Shown here: piece after piece, positions 18,711 to 27,935 of the stretch
Layout: the number at the start of each line of letters is the position of its first letter
How positions within the stretch are numbered: position 1 is the first letter of the stretch
Source: Acidobacteriota bacterium
GTDB lineage: Bacteria > Acidobacteriota > Vicinamibacteria > Fen-336 > JAGNNV01
Direction: 5' to 3'
NCBI GenBank assembly: GCA_032127745.1
Contig: JAQBHL010000368.1
Location: 2,184 to 66,183, forward strand
DNA: 64,000 nt
Notes under the pieces: model-generated
Databases searched by the model: none
What the model was told of the DNA's origin: nothing
What the model saw: the letters and a program-made list of their open reading frames with translations, nothing else
Program-made: the position numbers and the translations under genes

Positions 18711-20438
18711 CTAGAGCGCGGGCGCCTCGATGAGGGCGCGCCACTCGCTATCGTTGAGCGGGAAACGCGGCACGCGATACGCATCGCTCAGGGCTATCGC
18801 GGGCGGGAAACGGGGCTCGGCCGGGAGACGCAACAGGAAGTAGCGGCCGTCGAAGAGCCACAAATGACGGGTGCTGGTCATGGCGAGGATCTCGCTGCCC
18901 TCGGAGGGGAGGCGATCCTGGAAAGTGGGCAGAACATGGAGCGGCCACGAATACTTCTTGCCGATCACCACTCCCGGACTGAGGTAGCGATGGAACCCCG
19001 CGATGTCGCGGTCCGTCGCCCCGTCGTGGGTCGCATACCAGGGGTGGAAGTACCAGCCGTGGAATCCAAACGGCGCCTTGGCAATCTCGGACGGCTCGAT
19101 GCTCTTCGCTCGGACGGCCTCCTCATGCAGGCGACACAGGGCGTAGGCCTTGTCCACGGCGCCCTTCAACTGCGCAATGAAGACCAGATGGAATCCCGCC
19201 AGGGCCAGTGCTGAGGCCCGCTGCCAGCGCGGTGGATTGAACACACGACGTGTTCCCGGAAGGATGGGCGTCGGTGGAGTGGCGCTCAAGAACCCGAGCA
19301 CGCCAACCTCGAGAAAGTAGTAGTCCCAGACCTGGGAGCGCAGCGCCACCACCAGCAGGCTCCCCCCGGCCGCGAACACGTAGCTCCCTTTCAGCTTGAT
19401 GTAACCGGTCGCCCATCCCCGTAACGCAATCAGAAGGACCAGCACTCCGTAGAACCAGCCCAGATCCGGCGACAGGAGCCGATGCTCCGTCTGCACCCGA
19501 GTCCTCAGGTCGAAGAGTATGAGGGGCAGGCCAACCGCGCAGACCACGGCAATACGCGCCCTGGTCGTCCATGGGTCCCGGCGAAGGTCCGCCTGGCCAG
19601 AGGCGAAGTGGGCGCCCAGGCCTGCCGCGCAGAGGAAGAAGAGTCCGCCGAGGCTCAGGGTTTGCAGGAAGTCAAGGCCGGAGAGGGACTCGAACATGCG
19701 GTCCGTGATCAGCGACTGGGAATGCGTCTTGTTCATTCCGTGCTGTACCAGAAAGAAGAGCCCCATGGCAGCAGGAATCACGGCGGCCACGCGCGGCCAT
19801 TCCTTCGCTTCGTTCTCTCCGCGACTCCGAAGGAGTCGGAGCAACTCCGCCAAGGGAAGGAGTCCCCATGTGAATGCGCTCTGGCGAGTGGCCAGGGCGA
19901 TAGCCCAGAAAACCAGGAACCGTCCCCATCGGCGCTTCTCGGAAGCATTCAGGGCGAGCAGAAGGCAGGGCAGGTACAGGGCGAGGCCGGTGAACTGAAC
20001 ACTCTTCCAGAGGAGGGTTGGAAAGCTCAGGAACAGCGCAGCCAGAAGAATGGCGGCGTGGTGCTTGAGTCCGCGAGCGAGCAGGAGGACGGTGGTGGCG
20101 AAAAAGGCGCCGCTCGCGCAGATCCCCAGCGTTCCCTGGACGGCAAACTCAAAGCTCCCGGTTATCCGATAGAGCAAGGCGGTCAGTACGGACAGACTCG
20201 CCGACCAGGGTTCGAGCCAGGAGTCCGTCCAAGGCCGGCCGAATCGGAGCGTCTCAATCACGGAGCGCAGATAGCCGAACTCATCATCCATGACCACCAC
20301 GCCGGTCGGCTGCATCAGGTAGACGAACAGCCCGTAGGCGAGAGTTGAAGCCAGCAACGCAGGGTCAAAGCCCCATGGAGCCCGCCCGTCTTCACCGGGC
20401 GCGTGCGAGATCAAGCGGCTCCGGAGCGAATCAGGCAT
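18711..20438 (-). CDS. Polytopic integral membrane protein (>=10 predicted TM), unknown function (possible glycosyl/polysaccharide-modifying enzyme)
   Basis: 575 aa, many hydrophobic helices over the first ~400 residues and a soluble C-terminal domain. Only 19 bp separate it from the SGNH gene on the same strand, so co-transcription is likely. Confidence 0.55.
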   Translation of the reverse strand: MPDSLRSRLISHAPGEDGRAPWGFDPALLASTLAYGLFVYLMQPTGVVVMDDEFGYLRSVIETLRFGRPWTDSWLEPWSASLSVLTALLYRITGSFEFAVQGTLGICASGAFFATTVLLLARGLKHHAAILLAALFLSFPTLLWKSVQFTGLALYLPCLLLALNASEKRRWGRFLVFWAIALATRQSAFTWGLLPLAELLRLLRSRGENEAKEWPRVAAVIPAAMGLFFLVQHGMNKTHSQSLITDRMFESLSGLDFLQTLSLGGLFFLCAAGLGAHFASGQADLRRDPWTTRARIAVVCAVGLPLILFDLRTRVQTEHRLLSPDLGWFYGVLVLLIALRGWATGYIKLKGSYVFAAGGSLLVVALRSQVWDYYFLEVGVLGFLSATPPTPILPGTRRVFNPPRWQRASALALAGFHLVFIAQLKGAVDKAYALCRLHEEAVRAKSIEPSEIAKAPFGFHGWYFHPWYATHDGATDRDIAGFHRYLSPGVVIGKKYSWPLHVLPTFQDRLPSEGSEILAMTSTRHLWLFDGRYFLLRLPAEPRFPPAIALSDAYRVPRFPLNDSEWRALIEAPAL

Positions 20439-20477
20439 GGTCGTCTGATTCGGCCCTGAATTGACGGCCGTTGGGCA

Positions 20478-21851
20478 TCAGGTGAGGGTCAGCTGGTTGC
20501 CGCCCGCGCGTTTGGAGGCGTAGAGGCGTCGGTCGGCGACCTCGAGCAGTTCGGCCCCGGTCCTCGCGTCGATGGGCAGGGCCGCGCCGCCCACGGAGAA
20601 GCAGGGTGCCTCGAAAGGGAACGGAGGTGTGGCCAGAGCCCACAGGCGGTTCCGCTCTTCGATCATCCTCTCGAACATGCGCGGGGCGATCGCGGCGGGG
20701 CTGCCCGCGATCAGGATGGCGAACTCCTCTCCTCCGTAGCGGCACACCGTGTCGTTCTGGCGGGCCACCGCGCGGAGGAGTTCTCCGAAGAGGGTCAGGA
20801 CCCGGTCGCCGGTGGGATGGCCGTGGGTGTCGTTGATCCGTTTGAACTGATCGAGGTCGATGAGAAGGAGGAGAAGTCCGTCGCTCCTGGTCTGGGCGCG
20901 GTCGCTCTGGATCCGCAGCTCGTGATCGAAATAGGCGCGGTTGAAGACGCCGGTGAGGGCGTCGCGCACCGCCACCTGCTGGAGATCCCGGAACCGATCC
21001 TTGTAGGTGACGGGGCCGCTCGAACGGTTGGGCCTTCCGCGGCCGGTCGGACTCGCGGGCAGTCCCGAAAAAGGCAGGAGGAAAGCGAAGGCCAGCGAAT
21101 AGAACACCGCCGCGCCCACCTTTGCGATCAGGTCCATCGGGAGGATGCTGCCAGACCGGAGATTCGCTCCAAAGACCGCGAACGGAAGGACGAGGGCGTC
21201 GAAGGCGAGACTGACGCTGAGCGCGAACAGAGCCCGGGCCAGAATGATCCGGCTCACCCGGTCTCCGAACCACTCGAAGGCCCGGATCAGAATGAGCGCG
21301 TCGATGGCCAGCAGGATCGACCCGAGGATGATGATTCGGCAGAGACGAGCCGCGGCCTCGGAGCTCAGGCGGATGCCGCCGGCCAGGTCCGGCACGTCGA
21401 TCAGGGGTTGACCGGAGAAGATGACCAGGGCGAGCGCGACATTGGCCAGGAGAATGCCGTACACCAGCCGCCGCGCCTCCGCTTCGTCTTCCAGGACGTA
21501 GACGAGCAGAATGGCGAACAGAGTGGCGGGGAAGACGGCCACCGCGCCCGGGCTGATGGTCGCGCCCGGGAAGACTTCGATGCGGGTGCCCATGACCAGG
21601 ACGAGCTGGAGCACCTGAAAGAGTCCGGCCAGCACCGCGATCGGGGCGATTCCCCAGAACCTGCGGAACCTCGCGGCCACGACGATGCACCCAGCCAGGA
21701 GCAGGGCCATGAGGCCAAGACGAGTCAGGCTGGCGGTGAAGTTCGGGTTGAGATCGACCACTTGGTTTCGGGAAGGCGCGATTGTGACAGGCCTTCGGCG
21801 CTTCCGCCACTCCGATGGCCGGGAAGCGCCCAGCCGTTGCGAGATCGGCAC
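20478..21851 (-). CDS. Membrane-anchored diguanylate cyclase (multi-TM N-terminal domain + GGDEF domain)
   Basis: RYGGEEFAIL active-site motif and DLDQFKRINDTHGHPTGD. About 7 N-terminal TM helices. Confidence 0.85.
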   Translation of the reverse strand: MPISQRLGASRPSEWRKRRRPVTIAPSRNQVVDLNPNFTASLTRLGLMALLLAGCIVVAARFRRFWGIAPIAVLAGLFQVLQLVLVMGTRIEVFPGATISPGAVAVFPATLFAILLVYVLEDEAEARRLVYGILLANVALALVIFSGQPLIDVPDLAGGIRLSSEAAARLCRIIILGSILLAIDALILIRAFEWFGDRVSRIILARALFALSVSLAFDALVLPFAVFGANLRSGSILPMDLIAKVGAAVFYSLAFAFLLPFSGLPASPTGRGRPNRSSGPVTYKDRFRDLQQVAVRDALTGVFNRAYFDHELRIQSDRAQTRSDGLLLLLIDLDQFKRINDTHGHPTGDRVLTLFGELLRAVARQNDTVCRYGGEEFAILIAGSPAAIAPRMFERMIEERNRLWALATPPFPFEAPCFSVGGAALPIDARTGAELLEVADRRLYASKRAGGNQLTLT

Positions 21852-21879
21852 CGCCGGTCAACTATGCTCGTGCTCCTCG

Positions 21880-23925
21880 ATGACTGCTTCGCGCCTTGGC
21901 TTTCGGATCGACGCGGCGGCGGCGGGCTCGAGGGCCAGAGCCGCCACCATGAGCACAAGGCGACATGAGGTGCAGACCCCTCTCTTCATGCCGGTGGGAA
22001 CGCAGGCGTCGGTGAAGGCGCAGCCTCCCGAAGCCCTGGCCGCCGCGGGCTCCCAGATCCTCCTCGCCAATACCTACCATCTGCTCCTGCGGCCCGGCCT
22101 CGAGGTCTTTAAGAAGGTGGGCGGCATCCATCGCTTCATGACCTGGGACCGGTCGGTCCTGACCGACTCGGGGGGCTACCAGATCTTCTCCCTCCCGCAC
22201 TCCCGCGCCGTCACCGACGCGGGCGCCGTCTTCCAGAGCTACATTGACGGGAAGAGCATCCTGCTCTCGCCGAAGGTAAGCATCGAGGCCCAGATGGTCA
22301 TCGGCAGCGACATCATGATGGTGCTCGATCAGTGTGTCCCCTCCACCGCCGACCGGGCCACGGTCAAGGCCGCCCTGGATCTCACCCACCGCTGGGCGGC
22401 CCAGAGCCTCGAGGCGCGCGGCGATGCGCCGGGGTCGATGTTCGGCATCGTGCAGGGCGCCTTGTTCCCCGATCTGCGCCGGGAGAGTGTCGAGCGTCTC
22501 GCCCTTATGCCCTTCGAGGGTCTCGCCATCGGCGGCCTGGCCGTGGGCGAGTCGAAGGAAGAACGGCAGGACATGTGCGAGCTGACCGCGGCCATGATGC
22601 CGAAGGACAAGCCGCGCTACCTGATGGGGGTGGGCACGCCGCTCGACATCCTGGAGGCCGTGCACCGGGGGGTCGACATGTTCGACTGCATCATTCCCAC
22701 CCAGCTCGCGCAGCGGGGCGGCGTGTTCACGTCCCGCGGCTACGTGCAGCTCCGGCGCGGCGTTCACAAACTCGCGGACCTGCCCTTGGATCCGAAATGC
22801 GGTTGTCCGACCTGCGCCCGCTATTCCCGCGCCTATCTGCACCATCTGACCAAGTCCAGTGAGCCCCTGGGCTGGCAGCTTCTGGGCCAGCACAACCTCT
22901 ACTTCTATCACCAGCTCATGCGCGACGTTCGCGAGAGCATTCTGGCCGGCGCCTTCGCCGCGTTTTACGCGGAACGGCGGGAGATTCTCGGCGAACACGA
23001 CATAGACAATGAGATCGCGAAGGTCAAGGTGCGGCCCGCGCCGCCAAAAACCCGCGGCCAGTTCGAGGTGCATCTGGCCAAGGAGGGCTTTGGCGCCATC
23101 CGGCATGTGGCTTCGGGCGAGACCATGCACGCGCACACCTCGCCCATGGATGAGGCCCGATCGCTCTACGTCGAGCAGGCCAGGGTAAGGGAGCGGGTGC
23201 GCCTGTCCGGGAATTCCAATCCGGCCGAGGCCGAGCCGCTGGTGATCTGGGACGTGGGCCTGGGAGCGGCGGCGAACGCCATCGCCGCGATTCACTGCTA
23301 TCAGGAAGAGGCGGACTCGGGCGCCGTCCGTCCGCTGCGCGTGGTCAGCTTCGAGAACGACCTCGACGCCCTGCGGCTGGCTTGCCAGAACCTCAAGCAC
23401 TTTCCTTACCTCCGTCATGGCGGTCCGGGCGGTCTGCTCGAAAGGGGGGAGTGGCACTCCAAGAAGTATCCGGGCCTTCACTGGTATCTCGTGGAAGGCG
23501 ACTTCCAGGAAGGGATGGCCCGCTCGCCCTTCGCGCCGGACCTCATCTTCTTCGACTTGTTCTCGAGCCGGACCAACGCCGAGGCATGGACCCTGGAGTC
23601 CTTCCAGCGTCTTTATGCGGCTTGTGCCGGTAGAGATGTGGAGCTGTTCACCTACACGTCTTCCACCGCCGCGCGCGTGGCCATGCTGGGGGCGGGGTTT
23701 CATCTGGCCAAAGGACGCGCCACGGACTGGCAGTCCGAGACCACCATCGCCTTTACCCCGGGTGCTTTGACTCGCGGAACCGCGGAAAGGCACGACGGCC
23801 TCGGTTCTTCGTGGCTGTCCAAATGGAAGCGCTCGCAGGCGCGCTTTCCGAGGGATCTGGTGGAGTCTGAATATGAGGCGTTCGAAAGAGTGATTCTGGA
23901 TCACCCGCAGTTTCGCCTGATGTAA
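21880..23925 (+). CDS. tgt: Queuine tRNA-ribosyltransferase fused to a C-terminal MnmC-like (DUF752/Methyltransf_30) domain
   Basis: N-terminal ~370 aa is Tgt (FRIDAAAAGSRARAATM..TPLFMPVGT, zinc site CGCPTCARYSRAYLHHL). The C-terminal ~300 aa aligns with the MnmC N-terminal methyltransferase domain (LVIWDVGLGAAANA...FFDLFSSRTNAEAWT...FTYTSSTAAR). Confidence 0.8.
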   Translation: MTASRLGFRIDAAAAGSRARAATMSTRRHEVQTPLFMPVGTQASVKAQPPEALAAAGSQILLANTYHLLLRPGLEVFKKVGGIHRFMTWDRSVLTDSGGYQIFSLPHSRAVTDAGAVFQSYIDGKSILLSPKVSIEAQMVIGSDIMMVLDQCVPSTADRATVKAALDLTHRWAAQSLEARGDAPGSMFGIVQGALFPDLRRESVERLALMPFEGLAIGGLAVGESKEERQDMCELTAAMMPKDKPRYLMGVGTPLDILEAVHRGVDMFDCIIPTQLAQRGGVFTSRGYVQLRRGVHKLADLPLDPKCGCPTCARYSRAYLHHLTKSSEPLGWQLLGQHNLYFYHQLMRDVRESILAGAFAAFYAERREILGEHDIDNEIAKVKVRPAPPKTRGQFEVHLAKEGFGAIRHVASGETMHAHTSPMDEARSLYVEQARVRERVRLSGNSNPAEAEPLVIWDVGLGAAANAIAAIHCYQEEADSGAVRPLRVVSFENDLDALRLACQNLKHFPYLRHGGPGGLLERGEWHSKKYPGLHWYLVEGDFQEGMARSPFAPDLIFFDLFSSRTNAEAWTLESFQRLYAACAGRDVELFTYTSSTAARVAMLGAGFHLAKGRATDWQSETTIAFTPGALTRGTAERHDGLGSSWLSKWKRSQARFPRDLVESEYEAFERVILDHPQFRLM

Positions 23926-23935
23926 GGTCTTGGCT

Positions 23936-25437
23936 CTATTCGACTCGCAGTGCTTCGAGGGGGCTGATGCTGGTGGCCCGGCGCACCGGGGCCAGGCAGG
24001 CGAGAACGGCGGCGAGGGTGATCAGCACCGGTGCTACGGAGAGCGACAGGGGATTGGTTGCGGCCACTCCGTAGAGCAGCTTCCCGACCATCTGCGAGAA
24101 GGCGAGATACACCCCGAGCCCGGCCACGATGCCGATGGCCACCAGGGTTCCACCCTGGCGAAGGACGAGCTCCGCAATGCTTCGCCGGCTGGCGCCAAGA
24201 GCAATGCGCACACCGAACTCCGATGTCCTCTGGGCCACCGCGAAGGCGAGCACGCCGTAGACGCCCAGAACCGCGAGCAGGAGCGCCACCGCGCTGAAGA
24301 GCGAGATCGAAATCATGGTCGCGCGTCGAGACAAAGAGACGGTGTCGATACGTTGCTGCATCGTCTTGATGTCGAACACCGGCTGGTCCGGGTCTGCAGC
24401 CTTCACCGCCTCGCGCAGCGCCGGAGCGAGGCGCAGGGCGTCGCCCTCCGCTTTCGCCGCGATGATGAGGTTCGGCCGCGGGCTCTGGGCGTACGGGTAG
24501 TAGATGGCCTCCTTGGTCACGTCTTCATCGAGGCTTTGGAACTTGATGGGTGCTATGACTCCGACGATTGTCCACGGGTGTTCGGGGTCGCCGCGCACTA
24601 TGCGCTTGCCGAGAGGATCCTGGCCGGGCCAGTACTTGTCGGTCAGCAGCCGGTCGACCACGACCACGGGCGGTGTGGTCGCCACGTCCGCTTCCTCGAA
24701 CAGCCGCCCTCGCAGCAAGGTCATCCCGAGCGTCTTGAAGTAACCGGGATCCACCACGCGTTGCCGGGGGGGTGAGGCTCGGGCGCTCCGGCCGGCACCA
24801 CGATGTCGGGGCTCGAGTAGCTGCCGGAGCCGTTGCGGCCCGCGAACGGAATGAGGTCCGTCATCCCGGCCGAGGTAACTCCGGGGAGAGCCCGGACGCG
24901 CGAGAGAACCGCGTCCGTGAAGGCGATCCTCTTCTCCGGCACCTCGTACCGAGCGGGGGGCAGGGCGAGTTGAACCGTGATAATGCCGTTCGGGCTGAAG
25001 CCAGGGTTCTCGCGCTGAAGAGCTTCAAAGCTCTTGACCAGCAGCGACGCGGTGGAAAGCAGCATCACCACGAGGCCGATTTCGGTGACGACCAGCGCGG
25101 AGCGGAGGAACTGCGTGTGCTTTCCGCCCGACCTGCCCCGTCCTCCGACTTCCTTCAAGGTGGTGGCGGTGTCTTCCCGGGCCGCGCTCCAAGCCGGGAG
25201 CGCGCCGAAAAAGACGCCGGTCGCGAGGGCGCAAGCGAGCGTGAAGGTCACGACGGTCACGTCCAGCTCGACGCTGAAACCGCGGGGCAGAGTGGAAAGC
25301 CCCAATTGACCAAGGGCGGTGACACCCCACCAGGCGACCAGCACGCCCAGGATTCCTCCGCCCGCGAAAAGCAGGACGCTCTCGGTGAAGGCCTTCGACT
25401 TCCCGAGGGCGCGGATGGAGTAGCGGATGTCGTTCAT
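23936..25437 (-). pseudogene. Degenerate ADOP/MacB-like FtsX permease paralog (internal deletion plus frameshift)
   Basis: Two overlapping ORFs in different frames (24721-25437 and 23936-24757). The first has TM1 (DIRYSIRALGKSKAFT...) joined directly to the second half of the protein. The second carries the C-terminal FtsX domain. Confidence 0.55.
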
Positions 25438-25463
25438 GGTTTGTTCTGCCGATCGATGGAACG

Positions 25464-27887
25464 CTATTCTTCTCGAAGCGCTTCGATGGGATCGATGCCG
25501 GCGGCCCGTCGCGCGGGCAGCCAGCTGGCCGACAGGGCGACGAGCATCAAGGCCGCGGCCATGCCCACGAACGTGGTCGGGTCGGTGGTGGTGATCTCGT
25601 AGAGCTGGCTCTCGAGCACGCGTGTCACCCCCAGGGCGCCGAGCACTCCCAGGGCCACGCCCGCCCCGGCCAGTCTGCCTCCGTCGCGCAGGATCCTGGC
25701 CAGAACCTGGACAGCATTCGCGCCCAGGGCCATGCGAATGCCGATATCGCGGGTCTCGAGGGCCACCCGGTAGGAAACGACCCCGTAGATACCCAGGGTC
25801 GCCAGGATCAATGCCAGAGCCGCGAACAGGCCGAAGAGAAGAGTGGTGAACCGGGCCCGCACCACGGTTCCCGCCATCAGTTCCTCCATGGTCCGCGGTT
25901 CGGGCGCGGGCAGGCCGGGATCGATAGCCCAGATCTCGCGCTGCAGCGCCGGCGCCAGCAGGTGAGGATCGCCTTGCGTTCTGATGGCCAGGGTCATCAT
26001 GGGAATGGGCAGCTCGGAATGCGGCCAGTAGACCATCTCGCGAGCCGGCTGATCGAGACGCGCGTGACGGATGTCGCCGACCACGCCCAGCACCTCGCTC
26101 GCGGTGTTTGGATTCCTCATGTCGATGATCAGCTTCTCGCCGATGGGATCGCGGCCGGCGAAATGCTTGCGCGCCAGCATCTCATTGATAATCACGACAT
26201 CCCGCTTCTCCTTCTGTTCCTCGGGAGAGAAGGCCCTTCCGCGCAGGACAGGAATCTTCATGGTCGAGAAGTAGTCCGCGGCGACCGGGCGCACATCGGC
26301 CACCGGGGCATCGCCGGCGGGAACGGACCGGCCCACGATCTGAAAATCGGTCGCGGCTCCTGGACCCGCGAAGGGCCCGAAGACACTCCCGCTGGCCGCG
26401 ATCACGCCGGGCCGGGCCTTGATCCTGGCCAGCAGGTCCTCATAGAAGCGTTGAATCCGCGCGTCGTCACTGTAGGTGGAGCGAGGGAGGATGATCTTCG
26501 CGGTCAGGATATGGCTGGCGTCGAAACCGGGACTGGTGGAGACGAGGCGATCGAAGCTGCGCACGAGCAGGCCGGCGCCGATCAACACCATCAAGGCGAC
26601 CGCGACCTGTGCGGCCACGAACGTCTGTCCCAGCCTTCGGCCGCTCGCCGATGTCGCCCCCCGGCTTCCTTCCTTGAGCGCCTCGGCAAGATGCGGCTTC
26701 GAGGCCACCAGCGCGGGGATCAGGCCAAAGAGGAGGCCGGTGAGCAGGGAAAGGGCGATGGTGAAGCCGAAAACGCGGGCGTCGAGGCCGATGAAGTCAG
26801 CGGGAAGGAGATCCTTTGGCATCAAGGCCTGGAGGGACCTGAGACCAAAGCGGCCCAGGGCCAGTCCAAAGGCGCCTCCGAGAAGGGCAAGCATGAGGTT
26901 CTCGATCAGCAGAGCCTTGATGAGCCGGGCTCGTGACGCACCCAGCGCCGCGCGCACCGTGAACTCGCGGGCCCGCGCGGACGCGCGCACGAGTTGCAGG
27001 TTGGCTACGTTGGCGCAGGCGATGAGCAGGATCAAACCCACCGCGCCGAAGACGATGAGCAGGGCGGGCCGGATGTCGCCGGTGAACTGCTGGCGCAATG
27101 GGACGAGATTGACCGTCCAGTCCTGGTTGAAGTCCTGGTACTGTTTTTCCAGGCTGGAGGCGATGGTGGACATTTCCGCGCGAGCCTGGTCAAGGGTCAC
27201 TCCGGCCTTGAGCCCGCCCAGCACGGCCATGTAGCGGCCCCGTCGAACCCGGCTCGCGGCGTCGAATCGAGCCTGGACCCAGACGTCGGCCGGACTCGAA
27301 TTGAAGGAGGCCTCCTTGACGTAGAAGCCGAAGTCCTCGGGCAGCACGCCCACCACATTGGCCGGGGTTCCGCTGAGGGTGATCTTTTTCCCGAGCACCG
27401 CTGGATCGCCCCCGAACTGCTTCTGCCAGAACTTGTGGGTGAGGACGACGGAGAGCGCGCTCTCCGGCTTTTCATCGTCTTCGCTCAGCAGCCGTCCCAA
27501 TTGCGGCTGGGCTCCGAGCAGGGTGAAGAGGTTCGGGGTGGCGCCCACGGCCAGAACCTCCACCGGGTTCCCCTCGCCGGTCAGGGTGAACTGCCGGTCG
27601 TAGAAGCCGGCGAGGCCGGTGAAGCTGTGGCTCTGGTCCTTCCAGTCGAGGAAGTTCGCGGGCGAGACCACGTTCATGACCTTGTTGCGCTTGACGTGCT
27701 TCTCCCAGACCATGACCAGCCGATCGGGCTCAGCGTAGGGGAGGTCGCGCAGCAGGACGTCGTTGATCACGCTGAAGATCGCGGTGTTGGCGCCGATCCC
27801 GAGAGCGAGCGTCAGTACGGCGGCGAGGGTATACCAAGGAGACTTCCGCAAGGACCGGAGGGCGTTCGTGACATCGGTGCTCAGCAT
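25464..27887 (-). CDS. ABC transporter permease, duplicated FtsX/MacB-like (ADOP family)
   Basis: 807 aa. N-terminal TM ([28 protein letters not shown]), two periplasmic MacB-like domains and two FtsX 4-TM modules. Confidence 0.85.
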   Translation of the reverse strand: MLSTDVTNALRSLRKSPWYTLAAVLTLALGIGANTAIFSVINDVLLRDLPYAEPDRLVMVWEKHVKRNKVMNVVSPANFLDWKDQSHSFTGLAGFYDRQFTLTGEGNPVEVLAVGATPNLFTLLGAQPQLGRLLSEDDEKPESALSVVLTHKFWQKQFGGDPAVLGKKITLSGTPANVVGVLPEDFGFYVKEASFNSSPADVWVQARFDAASRVRRGRYMAVLGGLKAGVTLDQARAEMSTIASSLEKQYQDFNQDWTVNLVPLRQQFTGDIRPALLIVFGAVGLILLIACANVANLQLVRASARAREFTVRAALGASRARLIKALLIENLMLALLGGAFGLALGRFGLRSLQALMPKDLLPADFIGLDARVFGFTIALSLLTGLLFGLIPALVASKPHLAEALKEGSRGATSASGRRLGQTFVAAQVAVALMVLIGAGLLVRSFDRLVSTSPGFDASHILTAKIILPRSTYSDDARIQRFYEDLLARIKARPGVIAASGSVFGPFAGPGAATDFQIVGRSVPAGDAPVADVRPVAADYFSTMKIPVLRGRAFSPEEQKEKRDVVIINEMLARKHFAGRDPIGEKLIIDMRNPNTASEVLGVVGDIRHARLDQPAREMVYWPHSELPIPMMTLAIRTQGDPHLLAPALQREIWAIDPGLPAPEPRTMEELMAGTVVRARFTTLLFGLFAALALILATLGIYGVVSYRVALETRDIGIRMALGANAVQVLARILRDGGRLAGAGVALGVLGALGVTRVLESQLYEITTTDPTTFVGMAAALMLVALSASWLPARRAAGIDPIEALREE

Positions 27888-27935
27888 GGTCTGGTTCCTC
27901 TATCCCCTTTTCGCTCCCGCGGACCGAGTACGACC

